A stretch of 64,000 nucleotides of DNA from Granulosicoccaceae bacterium (GCA_033852095.1 JAWSVD010000029.1:6266-70265); one strand, 5' to 3'. Shown: positions 9,351 through 22,071, counted from the stretch's first letter. Notes: generated by a model from the letters alone, not told the origin. Numbers and translations: made by a program.

Positions 9351-9964
9351 CCGATTCGCGACGCTTTGAGCAGAACTTTCAGGTCTTTTAAGAACAACTT
9401 CTGCGGCAAATCACTGGGAAATCGCATCATCAGATTGCCGAGCGGATCGACCAGATACAACTGCTCCGGGTCGGCATCAAAAATGTCAGCCCCTACATGC
9501 CCTCGCACCTGAGCGCGCAGGCCTTTTTCACTCTTATCCGGCCCGGCGGAGAGCAGCTGCAAATGCAGCTTTTGCAGCTCGGCCGTGACCGGCGTGTCGG
9601 TGACGATCAATCGCCGCATGCGGTGCATTTCGCGCCCCAGCGACACCCGTACTTGACGGCTGTCATAAAGTGTTTTCTGGCAGCGCTCATCACAGTCGCC
9701 ATCACGAAAATACAACAGAGTCCACTGGTCTTTTATGTCGCTCAATTGCTGCACAGCGCTGCCCGCCAGCGCCGACTGATCCCACTCCAGCAACGGCCGC
9801 GCTGGATCCACAAGCGAACCGTGCGCCCGATTACCGGCGTCGCCGCCCGAGCTCTTCAGCTGATTAAACCAAAGCGATGCGATCACAAAGGGAATGGCAA
9901 AAACACCGAGTACTACGAGTAATTTCACCCGACCCATGGTCTTATTGGCTGGCTGTAGCGTCAT
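9347..9964 (-). CDS. hypothetical membrane-anchored protein in cox assembly operon (possibly degenerate thioredoxin/SCO-like)
   Basis: 205-aa ORF translationally coupled (ATGA overlaps) to SURF1 upstream and ctaA downstream. N-terminal TM (LLVVLGVFAIPFVIASLWF). Contains LLYFRDGDCDERC, reminiscent of but not matching the SCO1 CxxxC motif. Likely true start at MGRVKLL (9937). Counterpart of the hypothetical between SURF1 and ctaA in Pseudomonas cox clusters. Confidence 0.5.
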   Translation of the reverse strand: MTLQPANKTMGRVKLLVVLGVFAIPFVIASLWFNQLKSSGGDAGNRAHGSLVDPARPLLEWDQSALAGSAVQQLSDIKDQWTLLYFRDGDCDERCQKTLYDSRQVRVSLGREMHRMRRLIVTDTPVTAELQKLHLQLLSAGPDKSEKGLRAQVRGHVGADIFDADPEQLYLVDPLGNLMMRFPSDLPQKLFLKDLKVLLKASRIG

Positions 9965-10779
9965 TCTTTCTCATCCGGTTTAAAACGTTTAAAACTCGCA
10001 CAGAGCACCAGCACAACAAGTGCGAGCGCCAGTGCAAACCACTGCAGGGCATAGGCATAATTTTTTTTGGGGCCTGTCTCCACCGCACGCCAGACCCGCT
10101 CGAAACTCCAAGGGGCCTGCACTGCGGGCTGCATGATGCGCGGCACAAGCTGCACACCCAGCACCTCAGACATGGCCTCAAAGTCTTCGTGCTGCAACAC
10201 TTTGGGCCAGGCTTCGCCAGCTGTCAAAGCATCTCCCAAGCTCAATCGTCGAGGCGGCACCGCAGCTATGCCCACCATCCGCAAAGACTGCGCCTGCAAG
10301 CTGACGTCGGGCTTGATCTCTCGGGATGCCCCCACCGGAACCCAGCCACGGTTCACCAGCACCGCTGTCTGATCATCGAGGTACAAAGGACTTAAAACCG
10401 CGTAGCCGGCCTGCCCCTTGTGCACCCGATTATCCAGTAAAAACTGCTTGTTTTCATCGCTAAAATCACCGCCAACGGACACATTCAAATACCGGGCAGC
10501 AGCCGCAGCCAAAGCCTCCCTCTCCATCGCCACAGGAGCGGCCGCCATTTGGGCGGTGAAATCTTCTTGCAATTGTTTTTTTTGCGCAGCGCGGTCCAGC
10601 TGCCACACACCGAGAGAAGCCAAAACAGGCACGAGGACGAGCGCTGCTACAAGGGGTAGCAGCGGCGCTGAAAAGCGCCAAGCTCGCACTGAAAACTGGA
10701 CACGCCAGCGCCCACGTTGCGAGACCGCCGGCTGAGGTATACTCGAATCTCGCACACCATCCTGTGAATCGCTGTTCAT
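9961..10779 (-). CDS. SURF1-family cytochrome oxidase assembly protein
   Basis: N-terminal TM followed by LGVWQLDRAAQKK, a periplasmic SURF1 domain (DNRVHKGQAGYAVLSPL...VLVNRGWVP) and a C-terminal TM. Start placed at MNSDSQ (10779); the longer ORF to 10878 would run 100 nt antisense into the DUF2909 gene. Confidence 0.8.
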   Translation of the reverse strand: MNSDSQDGVRDSSIPQPAVSQRGRWRVQFSVRAWRFSAPLLPLVAALVLVPVLASLGVWQLDRAAQKKQLQEDFTAQMAAAPVAMEREALAAAAARYLNVSVGGDFSDENKQFLLDNRVHKGQAGYAVLSPLYLDDQTAVLVNRGWVPVGASREIKPDVSLQAQSLRMVGIAAVPPRRLSLGDALTAGEAWPKVLQHEDFEAMSEVLGVQLVPRIMQPAVQAPWSFERVWRAVETGPKKNYAYALQWFALALALVVLVLCASFKRFKPDEKE

Positions 10780-10990
10780 GTTATTAGTCAAAGTACTGTT
10801 GATCACTCTATTGGTGATGATCGTGATATCACTTTTCACGGGACTTGGCTTTTTGCTAAAAGACAAAGGCAAGACCAAGCGCGTAGCTTACGCACTTACC
10901 GTGCGCATTGGCCTGTCCGCGCTCGCCATCATCATCGTCATTGTGGCTGCGGCGACCGGCCTGCTGCAAGTCAATCCTACACCCCTGTAG
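10778..10990 (+). CDS. twin-transmembrane-helix small protein (DUF2909 family)
   Basis: 70 aa, two TM helices with the family-typical GLGFLLKDKGKTKR...LTVRIGLSA core. This family is habitually encoded beside aa3 oxidase genes. Confidence 0.65.
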   Translation: MLLVKVLLITLLVMIVISLFTGLGFLLKDKGKTKRVAYALTVRIGLSALAIIIVIVAAATGLLQVNPTPL

Positions 10991-11218
10991 AACACCTGCG
11001 TCGATACCGCACCAAGCGAATGATAGACGCGGCGCAATGCTCATCCGCCCGGAGTAGCACTGCTAGACTAAGCACCCACACTCGTAGCCCCAGTCGGCAT
11101 ATGCCAATCAAAACCTCGCTTTTTCTCTATTCCTCAACCCGATCGTCAGTGGTGTATTCGTTGCAAAGCCACTATTTTTTCAGAGTATGCCGAACGTGTG
11201 ACCCCCTGAATACGAGAC

Positions 11219-11252
11219 AAAAAAAAGGCGCCCGTTGTAGAACGAAGCGCCT
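11219..11252 (-). terminator. rho-independent terminator after coxC (minus strand)
   Basis: On the minus strand: AGGCGC-ttcgttctacaacgg-GCGCCT stem, with an internal cgtt/aacg stem, followed by T8. It lies 20 bp downstream of the coxC stop. Confidence 0.6.
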
Positions 11253-11271
11253 CGTGTTGAGCTGCGGCTCT

Positions 11272-12123
11272 CTACAAGATGTAGACAAACAAGAACAAGC
11301 CCAACCAAACCACATCCACAAAGTGCCAGTACCAAGCGGCCGCTTCAAAAGCGAAGTGATTGTCGGCGGTGAAGTGCCCTTTGTGACCTCTGATCATGAC
11401 AACTGTCAGTATGATCGCTCCCATGCAGACGTGAAATCCGTGAAACCCCGTCAGCATGAAGAAGGTGGATCCGTAAATGCCGGTGGTCATCTTCAAATTG
11501 TTGTGGTGATAGGCTTCGTAGTACTCAAAGCCCTGGCAAGCGACGAAAACAAAACCCAGTATCACCGTGGCCAACAGCCACTTCACCATGGTCTCGCGGT
11601 GACCTTTTTGTATTGCGTGGTGCGCCATGGTGCAGGTGACGCCGGAGGTCAACAACAACAAGGTGTTGATCAAAGGCAGACCAAACCATCCCATCTGCAG
11701 ATAGTCACCGCCTAAATTACCCGGACCATTGTTGGGCCAGACATAGTCAAAGTGGCTGTACAACACGGTGTTAGTCGCGCTGCCAATATCACCGAGCCAA
11801 GGCCCTGAAAAGGTCCGAGCGTAAAAGAGCGCACCAAAAAAAGCGGCAAAGAACATCACTTCAGAGAAGATGAACCACGCCATACTCATGCGAAAGGATA
11901 GATCTTCTTGCGCCTTGTAAATGCCGCTCTCGCTTTCTCGAACGACCATGCCGAACCAGCCAAACATCATGTAGATGACGACGGCCATACCGGCAAACAT
12001 TGTCAGCGAACTACCGCCATTGACAAGCAATGCCATGCCAATGAAGAAAATAAACAATCCAACCGAACCGACGATCGACCATTTTGCATCGTGCGGTACA
12101 TAGTATCCGGTTGTAGCGGACAT
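11272..12123 (-). CDS. coxC: cytochrome c oxidase subunit III
   Basis: 283 aa, 7 TM helices, conserved HH..KGHRE and FHGFHV motifs. Confidence 0.9.
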   Translation of the reverse strand: MSATTGYYVPHDAKWSIVGSVGLFIFFIGMALLVNGGSSLTMFAGMAVVIYMMFGWFGMVVRESESGIYKAQEDLSFRMSMAWFIFSEVMFFAAFFGALFYARTFSGPWLGDIGSATNTVLYSHFDYVWPNNGPGNLGGDYLQMGWFGLPLINTLLLLTSGVTCTMAHHAIQKGHRETMVKWLLATVILGFVFVACQGFEYYEAYHHNNLKMTTGIYGSTFFMLTGFHGFHVCMGAIILTVVMIRGHKGHFTADNHFAFEAAAWYWHFVDVVWLGLFLFVYIL

Positions 12124-12181
12124 GCCTTAACCCCCTATCTGACGTTTAACAATAATTTCAGCGCCCGACTTAGCTTTAGCT

Positions 12182-12715
12182 TTAGCTTTCGTCGGATGCA
12201 AAAAAAGTATAAGACAACACAAGGCTGTCCACTGATTGTGGCAATGCCGGGTCAACCACAAAAACAACCGGCATATCTTTTTCTTCGTGTGCTTCGAATA
12301 CCTGCTTGGTAAAACAAAAGCACTCGGTTTTATTAAAATACTGAGACGCCTGTCGAGGTGCCACACTGGGCACCGCCTGCCCCACCACACGCTTGTCAGC
12401 CAAATTTTTAGCGACGTAGCTGATGGCATACTGCTGGCCGGGTCTCACTTTTAAGCTTGCTTGCGCTGGCTTAAACTCCCAGAAACCCGATACATTCACC
12501 GTGCCACTGAACTCCACATTTATCCAGCGGTCTTCGTCGATCACCAGCTCGCTTGCCTGGACCTCACTGATCACGCCTGTCTTGCCATTCAGGCCTGTCA
12601 CTTCACACAAAATATTGTAGAGCGGCACCATCAAATAGCCAAAGCCAAACATGGCCACAACCATCACGCAAAGTTTGCCTGCAATTTTTAATGTTTCACT
12701 GCGATGATTCGACAC
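12182..12715 (-). CDS. ctaG: cytochrome c oxidase assembly protein CtaG/Cox11
   Basis: 177 aa, single TM then a Cox11 copper-chaperone domain (VPLYNILCEVTGLNGKT...ECFCFTKQ). GTG start at 12715. Confidence 0.88.
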   Translation of the reverse strand: MSNHRSETLKIAGKLCVMVVAMFGFGYLMVPLYNILCEVTGLNGKTGVISEVQASELVIDEDRWINVEFSGTVNVSGFWEFKPAQASLKVRPGQQYAISYVAKNLADKRVVGQAVPSVAPRQASQYFNKTECFCFTKQVFEAHEEKDMPVVFVVDPALPQSVDSLVLSYTFFASDES

Positions 12716-12718
12716 GGC

Positions 12719-12823
12719 TTAGGCTACCGCGATGCTGACGATACCCGCCACATAGAAAAACAAAGCCACCCCACCCAAAACTAGGATCAGACGGAATTTG
12801 CTCTTTTTCTCATGTTGCTGCAC
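12719..12823 (-). CDS. possible 34-aa small membrane protein between coxA and ctaG
   Basis: Minus-strand ORF, GTG start preceded by AAGAGG 9 nt upstream. Product VQQHEKKSKFRLILVLGGVALFFYVAGIVSIAVA has a basic N-terminus plus one TM helix. It ends 4 nt before the ctaG start. Too short for the supplied ORF track. Confidence 0.3.
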   Translation of the reverse strand: MQQHEKKSKFRLILVLGGVALFFYVAGIVSIAVA

Positions 12824-12904
12824 GTCGCACTACCTCTTTAATATTTGCTCGAAGCCTCTCCCCTTTCAACAGTGCGTCAAAAGGGGTGTTCCCACCTAAG
12901 TCAA

Positions 12905-14485
12905 TTACTTGATTTCAGGTGGCGTCTCGAAGGTGTGATAAGGCGCAGGTGAAGCCACGGTCCACTCTAAGCCCTCAGCTCCTTCCCAGACTTGATCAGT
13001 CGCCTTCTCGCCGCCCTTGATGCATTTGATCACGATGTACAGCAACAGCAGCTGTGACAGACCAAATCCGAAGGCGCCTATAGATGCCCACATGTTCATG
13101 TCGGCAAACTGCAGGTTGTAGTCGGGGATACGGCGCGGCATGCCCGCCAATCCAACAAAGTGCATGGGGAAGAACAACAGGTTGACGAAAAAGGTGGAAC
13201 ACCAAAAATGCATCTTGCCCAGCTTTTCGTCATACATGTTCCCCGTCCACTTGGGCAACCAGTAGTAGACAGCCGCCATGATCGAGAAGATTGCGCCTGG
13301 CACCAACACATAGTGGAAGTGAGCCACGACGAAGTAGGTGTCATGGTATTGAATGTCCGCGGGCGTGACCGCCAGCATCAAGCCAGAGAAACCACCGAAG
13401 GTGAACATGACCACAAAACCCAGCGCGAACAGCATCGGGGTTTCAAAGGTCATAGACCCGCGCCACATGGTGGCGATCCAGTTGAAGACTTTTACGCCTG
13501 TGGGCACCGCGATCATCATGGTGGCAAACATAAAGAACAACTCGCCTGCCAGGGGCATGCCCACGGTAAACATATGGTGCGCCCACACGATGAACGACAA
13601 GAAGGCGATTGAACCCGTGGCGTACACCATGGAACTGTAGCCAAACAGCGGCTTGCGCGCGAAGGTAGGGATGATCTGCGAGACAATACCAAAGGCCGGC
13701 AGGATCAAAATATACACTTCAGGGTGACCGAAGAACCAGAAGATATGCTGGTACATCACCGGGTCACCACCACCGGCGGCATTGAAAAAGCTGGTGCCAA
13801 AATAGCGATCGGTCAGCAACATCGTCACCGCCCCTGCGAACACGGGGATAACCGCGATCAACAGGAAGGCCGTGATCAGCCAAGTCCACACGAACAGCGG
13901 CATTTTCATCAGCGTCATGCCCGGTGCACGCATGTTGAGGATAGTTGCCACGATGTTAATCGACCCCATCACTGAGCTGATGCCCATCATGTGGATGGAG
14001 AAGATAACAAAGGCAAAGCTGTCGCCGCCCTGAAGTGACAGGGGAGCGTATAAGGTCCAACCAGAGGCTGGGCCACCACCGTCCATGAACAAGGTGGACA
14101 AGAAGATCGACACCGCGAAGGGCATGATCCAGAACGACCAGTTGTTCAGACGCGGCAAGGCCATGTCTGGCCCACCGATCATCATGGGGATCATCCAGTT
14201 AGCCAAGCCCACAAAGGCCGGCATCACACCGCCAAAGATCATCACGATAGCGTGCATGGTGGTCATGCTGTTGAAAAATCCAGGGTCTACAAACTGCATG
14301 CCCGGGGTGAACAGCTCGAGGCGGATGATCATCGCCATCAGGCCGCCAATAAAGAAGCTTATAAAAGCAAACCACAGATACAGCGTTCCCAGATCTTTGT
14401 GGTTTGTGGTGTAAAGCCAGCGTTTTATGCCCTTCTCGGGACCATGATGGTGATCATCGTGGTGCGATTCAGCCGTTGCGCTCAT
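12905..14485 (-). CDS. coxA: cytochrome c oxidase subunit I (aa3-type)
   Basis: 526 aa, 12 TM helices, heme-copper oxidase His ligands ([13 protein letters not shown]). Clear family match. Confidence 0.95.
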   Translation of the reverse strand: MSATAESHHDDHHHGPEKGIKRWLYTTNHKDLGTLYLWFAFISFFIGGLMAMIIRLELFTPGMQFVDPGFFNSMTTMHAIVMIFGGVMPAFVGLANWMIPMMIGGPDMALPRLNNWSFWIMPFAVSIFLSTLFMDGGGPASGWTLYAPLSLQGGDSFAFVIFSIHMMGISSVMGSINIVATILNMRAPGMTLMKMPLFVWTWLITAFLLIAVIPVFAGAVTMLLTDRYFGTSFFNAAGGGDPVMYQHIFWFFGHPEVYILILPAFGIVSQIIPTFARKPLFGYSSMVYATGSIAFLSFIVWAHHMFTVGMPLAGELFFMFATMMIAVPTGVKVFNWIATMWRGSMTFETPMLFALGFVVMFTFGGFSGLMLAVTPADIQYHDTYFVVAHFHYVLVPGAIFSIMAAVYYWLPKWTGNMYDEKLGKMHFWCSTFFVNLLFFPMHFVGLAGMPRRIPDYNLQFADMNMWASIGAFGFGLSQLLLLYIVIKCIKGGEKATDQVWEGAEGLEWTVASPAPYHTFETPPEIK

Positions 14486-14517
14486 GCTCGGTTCCCCTGC
14501 TTAATCTTGCTCATCAT

Positions 14518-15693
14518 TTACACTCCACCCAGCTGACTGGCCTGCACACTGTCACCGACACTGTTGCCGAGGCCGTTGCGCTGAAAGGTGATCACTGCCG
14601 CGATATCCGCATCGCTCAAGCGCCCTTTAAACCCGGTCATCGCTGTGCCGGGTTTGCCGTTCAACACGGTGTCTATGTGCGTCTCGACTGGGCCCGTGGC
14701 TACAGGGCTACCAGTGATTGCGGGAAACACGGGCGGAATACCCTGGCCTTTGGCCTGATGGCAGGCCACGCACTGCTGTGCATAGACTTCACTGCCACGC
14801 GCCATCAGCTCGTCCATGCTCTGCTCGACCGGTGCAGCGACGGCCTCATCGCCCGTCGCGGATTCGGCCACCACCAATTCGGCACCCTCACCTTTTTGCT
14901 CGGCCAGCCAGGCGTCAAATTCATCCTGCTCAACTGCACGAACAACAATGGGCATAAAGCCGTGATCACGCCCGCACAACTCGGCACATTTGCCGCGGTA
15001 CACGCCCGGTTCGTTGATCAGCGTCCAGTTTTCGTTGATAAAGCCTGGGATCGCATCCTTCTTCAACGCCAAGTCAGGCACCCACCAGGCGTGAATGACA
15101 TCGGCTGCCGTGTGCAGGAAGCGAATTTTCTTCCCTACCGGTACGACCAACTCATTGTCGACTTCTTTGAGGTACCAGTGATACTGGTTGACGTCTATGC
15201 CGGAATCGAGCTGCCGTGCGGCGTTGTGCTCAGCGTCCAGTTGAGAGTAAAAATCGACACCCTCGCCCATGTACTCGTAGTGCCACTTCCACTGGAAGCC
15301 CGTGACTTTGATGGTCATCTCGGATTCACTCGAATCCTCCATCTCGATCAAGGTCTTGGCCGCCGGTATCGCCATGCCAATGAGGATGACCATGGGGACG
15401 GTGGTCCAGATAATTTCAACCGCGGTGGAGTGATGAAAGGTCGCGGCAACCGCGCCTTTGGATTTGCGGTGTTTGAAGATCGAATAGAACATCACGCCAA
15501 ACACGGCCAGTCCGATCACGCAGCACACATAGAAAATGGTCATGTGCAGACCGTAGACATCGGCGCTGATGTTTGTCACGCCCTGCGTCATGTTCAGCGG
15601 CGTTTCGTGCTGCTCCTCAGCAGCAACAACCAGCCCACTGAGACTTAGCCCAACAGCCGTTGCGATAGCCTTTGCGAGGCCTGTCGACTTCAT
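14518..15693 (-). CDS. coxB: cytochrome c oxidase subunit II with C-terminal mono-haem cytochrome c domain
   Basis: Signal peptide, 2 TM, CuA site (H...CAELCG..H..M) and a CVACHQAKGQG CxxCH motif near the C-terminus. This fused arrangement is common in Pseudomonas-type CoxB. Confidence 0.92.
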   Translation of the reverse strand: MKSTGLAKAIATAVGLSLSGLVVAAEEQHETPLNMTQGVTNISADVYGLHMTIFYVCCVIGLAVFGVMFYSIFKHRKSKGAVAATFHHSTAVEIIWTTVPMVILIGMAIPAAKTLIEMEDSSESEMTIKVTGFQWKWHYEYMGEGVDFYSQLDAEHNAARQLDSGIDVNQYHWYLKEVDNELVVPVGKKIRFLHTAADVIHAWWVPDLALKKDAIPGFINENWTLINEPGVYRGKCAELCGRDHGFMPIVVRAVEQDEFDAWLAEQKGEGAELVVAESATGDEAVAAPVEQSMDELMARGSEVYAQQCVACHQAKGQGIPPVFPAITGSPVATGPVETHIDTVLNGKPGTAMTGFKGRLSDADIAAVITFQRNGLGNSVGDSVQASQLGGV

Positions 15694-15757
15694 ACTTGCT
15701 CCTCCAACGATGGTTCTTAGGTATTAATATCGAATTCTGTCGCTGCCCGCGCATTTC

Positions 15758-16243
15758 TCAGCGCTTTGCTCGGCGTATCAACGCCGACAACAGCCTGTAA
15801 AGCCTTTGTTTCTCAGCGCGACCTAGCGCCCTCCCCAAGGGTATCGACCGCCCCTGACAAGCTAAACTCAAATCGCCCGTTTCAAACGGGCTGTCAGGCA
15901 AACTGTAGTGCAATCGCGCCCAATACAACTTGACCGCAACTGAACTCTCGGGACCAATTCGCCCCCAGTCTACCCGTATATCCTCCCTGCCAATCGTTAT
16001 CACCTCACGCCTGCTCAAGCGACGCGAGACAAGATAAAAAGTGTGCAACAAAGCCAACATCTCAAGCCCAGCAAAGGGCAACACCAGCCAAAAGCCTTGC
16101 ACCGCCAACACCAACCCCAACAAAAAACTGACACTGCCCAGCAGGCAGGCGACGATCACGTTGCCACGCCAATTCAAGGATTGATTTGCTTGAACCACAA
16201 GAACCCGCGCCTGATCTTCTTGGCGATAGTGCGATTCGATCAT
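15758..16243 (-). CDS. DUF2244-family membrane protein (cox-operon associated)
   Basis: 161 aa, two TM helices. Small proteins of this family typically sit immediately upstream of coxB. Family assignment is from memory. Confidence 0.55.
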   Translation of the reverse strand: MIESHYRQEDQARVLVVQANQSLNWRGNVIVACLLGSVSFLLGLVLAVQGFWLVLPFAGLEMLALLHTFYLVSRRLSRREVITIGREDIRVDWGRIGPESSVAVKLYWARLHYSLPDSPFETGDLSLACQGRSIPLGRALGRAEKQRLYRLLSALIRRAKR

Positions 16244-16414
16244 GGATACAAAACCACAAAGCTACTGCTGCTGAGTCTTGAAGTGTGCATGCTACCGGTT
16301 ATATTGCATCCACTCAAACTCTGCTGCACTTTTTTTCCATTGACACAGCGCGTGTCCCTTTAATGAACACAACTTGCTACCATACGCCCACACCTTTATC
16401 GCGGAGAGACGCAC

Positions 16415-17014
16415 TTGCTCAGCAACTTGGCTATCGCAGTGGCCGCCTACTTGATAGGCAGCATCTCCAGCGCAGTCATCACCTGCCGGCTGATGGCATT
16501 GCCCGACCCGCGCGAAGACGGCTCCGGCAACCCCGGCACAACCAACGTGCTGAGACTGGGCGGCAAAAAAGCCGCCGCGATCACCCTTATCGGCGACATG
16601 CTAAAAGGCCTGCTCCCCACCGCAATCGCGGCCTTTGTTTTTGCGACGCCGGAAGCGACTGCCGCCGCGGCCCTGGGGAGCTTTCTGGGCCACCTCTACC
16701 CCATCTGGTTCGGTTTCAAAGGCGGCAAAGGTGTCGCCACGGCCCTCGGCGCAATGATAGGCGCCAGCTGGCTCGCCGGTGCGCTGGCGGCAGCCACCTG
16801 GCTGGCAACCTTGTACATCAGCAAATACTCCTCCCTTTCCGCACTGGTGACCTTTGCAGCTGCGCCTGTGTATCTGTGGTTCATCACAGGCAGCGCCCTG
16901 CTGGCAGGGGCCACCGCCCTGATGTCCGCCATGTTGTACTGGCGCCACCGCGACAACATCGGACGACTGATAGCGGGCACCGAGCCTAAAGCTGGCAAAA
17001 AGAAAGCGGACTAA
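16415..17014 (+). CDS. plsY: glycerol-3-phosphate acyltransferase PlsY
   Basis: 199 aa, GSISSAVI..R....DPR..GSGNPGTTNVLR.GGK and FKGGKGVAT motifs. Matches E. coli PlsY throughout. Confidence 0.88.
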   Translation: MLSNLAIAVAAYLIGSISSAVITCRLMALPDPREDGSGNPGTTNVLRLGGKKAAAITLIGDMLKGLLPTAIAAFVFATPEATAAAALGSFLGHLYPIWFGFKGGKGVATALGAMIGASWLAGALAAATWLATLYISKYSSLSALVTFAAAPVYLWFITGSALLAGATALMSAMLYWRHRDNIGRLIAGTEPKAGKKKAD

Positions 17015-17230
17015 CAGCTCGGCCGCAACGGGCCCACTGCAGCAATTTTCGCGATAGCACACCTACAAATTCGAGCCGAAACACCGATTCCCGTGAGCAC
17101 CCTTCAACTTACAGAGGCAGGTTCTGCGCCGCCCAAAAGGGATCGAGCGAGGTTTTTGACCAAATTCTAGTTTGCGTATAAAACGGCGCGCCCTCGACAC
17201 CGTCAGACAGAAGCTACAACGAAGAGGCCG

Positions 17231-17636
17231 GTAGGGCGGACAAGCCGCAGGCGCCTCCGCGACATACGCCGCAGCGCACCACCGGACAAGACCTGAGTTT
17301 GTTGCCCCGGAGACAGTGCCAAGCGGTGAGCGCAGCGCTCGGGCCGACATCGCCGCGGATGCGCTTCGCTTATGCGCCCTACGAATGGATCCCGTGCCCG
17401 CCCCGCGCGGCTTAGCCGCGATTGATCCCGTACATTTCCCGTAGGGCGGACAAGCCGCAGGCGCCTCCGCGGCATACGCCGCAGCGCACCACCGGATAAG
17501 ACCTGAGTTTGTTGTGCCGGAGACAGTGCCAAGCGGTGAGCGCAGCGCTCGGGCCGACATCGCCGCGGATGCGCTTCGCTTATGCGCCCTACGAATGGAC
17601 CGCGTGCCCGCGCCGTGGGCGGCAAGCCGTGGGCGC
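17231..17636. repeat. tandem array (2 x ~210 bp) of composite REP-like units
   Basis: Unit 1 at 17231-17440 and unit 2 at 17441-~17636 are almost identical. Each unit is GTAGGGCGGACAAGCCGCAGGCGCCTCCGCG, a ~95-bp core (with the GAGCGCaGCGCTC palindrome), then CGCGGATGCGCTTCGCTTATGCGCCCTACG. The two ends are REP-like and inverted relative to each other. Six-frame ORFs 17063..17797 and 17203..17625 show the same peptide twice, so they are repeat artefacts. Confidence 0.65.
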
Positions 17637-17643
17637 ACTGACG

Positions 17644-18657
17644 CTAGGCGGGCGGGCGCAGCTGATCCAGCGGCCAACGTGGTTTTATAGATGCCGACAA
17701 GCCAGAGTTCGACTCGCCCTCGGCCATGCGCAGCGCGCCGGCCAAGGCGATCATAGCGGCGTTGTCGGTACAGAATTCCGGGCGCGGGTAGAAGCACTCG
17801 CCACCGATGCCCGCCGCCAACCGAGCCAGCGAGGCCCGCAGCGCCGTGTTCGCGCCAACGCCGCCAGCCACCACAATGCGTTTCAAGCCCGACTGTTTGA
17901 TGGCGCGCTTGACCTTCAGCGCCAAGGTGTCCACCACAGCGGCCTGAAAGGAGGCCGCGATATCCGGCGCACGCGCCGCATCAACCTTTCGGTACTGGGT
18001 GATCGCGGCCGTCTTTAGCCCGCTGAAACTCATCTCCAGCCCGGGCCGGCCCATCATCGGCCGTGGGAACTTAAAGGCCTCGGGGTCGCCCTGCGTCGCA
18101 AGCTGCGCTAAGGCCGCTCCCCCAGGATAACCCAGCCCCAGTAACTTGGCCGTCTTATCAAAGGCCTCGCCCGCTGCATCGTCGAGAGTCCCTCCCAGCA
18201 GTTCATAGCGGCCCAGCGCGTGCACAGCGACGATCTCAGTGTGACCACCGGAGACCAACAGGCAGAGATAGGGAAAGGCTGGCGCAATAGGCTCCAGCAG
18301 CGGCGCCAATATGTGGCCTTCGAGGTGATTGATCGCCAGCGCCGGCAAACCCGCGCCGAAGGCCAGCGAACGCGCCCCCACAGCCCCGACCAACAACGCA
18401 CCCGCCAGACCGGGCCCCGCCGTGTATGCTATGCCGTCGAGTTCCCCGATTTCGAGCTGTGCTTCCGCCAGGGCAGCGCGCACCAGCGGCATCAATTTGC
18501 GCACGTGATCGCGCGAGGCGAGCTCCGGTACAACGCCGCCGTAAGCGTCGTGCAAGGCTATCTGACTGTAGATCTGATGGGCCAAAAGCCCCTGATCAGT
18601 ACAGTAAATAGCGGCCGCTGTTTCATCACAAGATGACTCTATGCCCAGAATTTGCAT
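17644..18657 (-). CDS. tsaD: tRNA N6-adenosine threonylcarbamoyltransferase TsaD
   Basis: 337 aa, [18 protein letters not shown]...GGVAAN, ASKHA/Kae1 family with metal-binding His pair. Divergent from rpsU as in E. coli and Pseudomonas. Confidence 0.93.
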   Translation of the reverse strand: MQILGIESSCDETAAAIYCTDQGLLAHQIYSQIALHDAYGGVVPELASRDHVRKLMPLVRAALAEAQLEIGELDGIAYTAGPGLAGALLVGAVGARSLAFGAGLPALAINHLEGHILAPLLEPIAPAFPYLCLLVSGGHTEIVAVHALGRYELLGGTLDDAAGEAFDKTAKLLGLGYPGGAALAQLATQGDPEAFKFPRPMMGRPGLEMSFSGLKTAAITQYRKVDAARAPDIAASFQAAVVDTLALKVKRAIKQSGLKRIVVAGGVGANTALRASLARLAAGIGGECFYPRPEFCTDNAAMIALAGALRMAEGESNSGLSASIKPRWPLDQLRPPA

Positions 18658-18765
18658 GCTTGCACAAAACCCACAGTTGTAGCTTCGGAGAAATAAGCGT
18701 TATACTCTCCGGTTTTCAGACTCCAAACACAAGCAGAATTCCTGCAAAACAAGGTTGTGCACTAA

Positions 18766-18981
18766 ATGCCTAACGTTAAGGTTAAAGAAAACGAGCCCTT
18801 TGAAGTCGCCATGCGACGTTTTAAGCGCTCTTGTGAGAAAGCTGGCATCCTGACAGAGACGCGTCGTCGCGAGTTCTACGAGAAGCCAACAACAGAGCGA
18901 AAGCGCAAATTGGCGGCCGCTGTTAAGCGCCACCAGAAGAAGCTGTCTAAAGAAGCTGCTCGCCGCGTACGCCTCTTCTAG
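18766..18981 (+). CDS. rpsU: 30S ribosomal protein S21
   Basis: 71 aa, [48 protein letters not shown]... This nearly matches E. coli RpsU. Confidence 0.93.
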   Translation: MPNVKVKENEPFEVAMRRFKRSCEKAGILTETRRREFYEKPTTERKRKLAAAVKRHQKKLSKEAARRVRLF

Positions 18982-18996
18982 AGAGGAGGTTCGCAA

Positions 18997-22018
<3,022 letters not shown>

Positions 22019-22041
22019 GCCGAGACAGTTGTTGAGGACAC

Positions 22042-22071
22042 AAAAAAACCGGCCATTGCCGGTTTTTTTTG
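22042..22071. terminator. bidirectional rho-independent terminator between convergent hemE and mrcA
   Basis: aaaaaaaCCGGCcattGCCGGtttttttt: A7-stem-loop-T8, symmetric, so it can serve both strands. Confidence 0.8.

Noticed and set aside
16285-16989. 234-aa ORF in an alternative frame over plsY
   Set aside because: Arg/His/Pro-rich nonsense overlapping a well-conserved plsY reading frame.
17063-17797. ORFs 17063..17797(-), 17203..17625(-), 17509..18018(+) and 6689..6922(-) spanning the REP arrays
   Set aside because: Their translations contain the same peptide twice (PFVGRISEAHPRRCRPERCAHRLALSP...), directly mirroring the DNA tandem repeat. They are repeat read-through, not genes.
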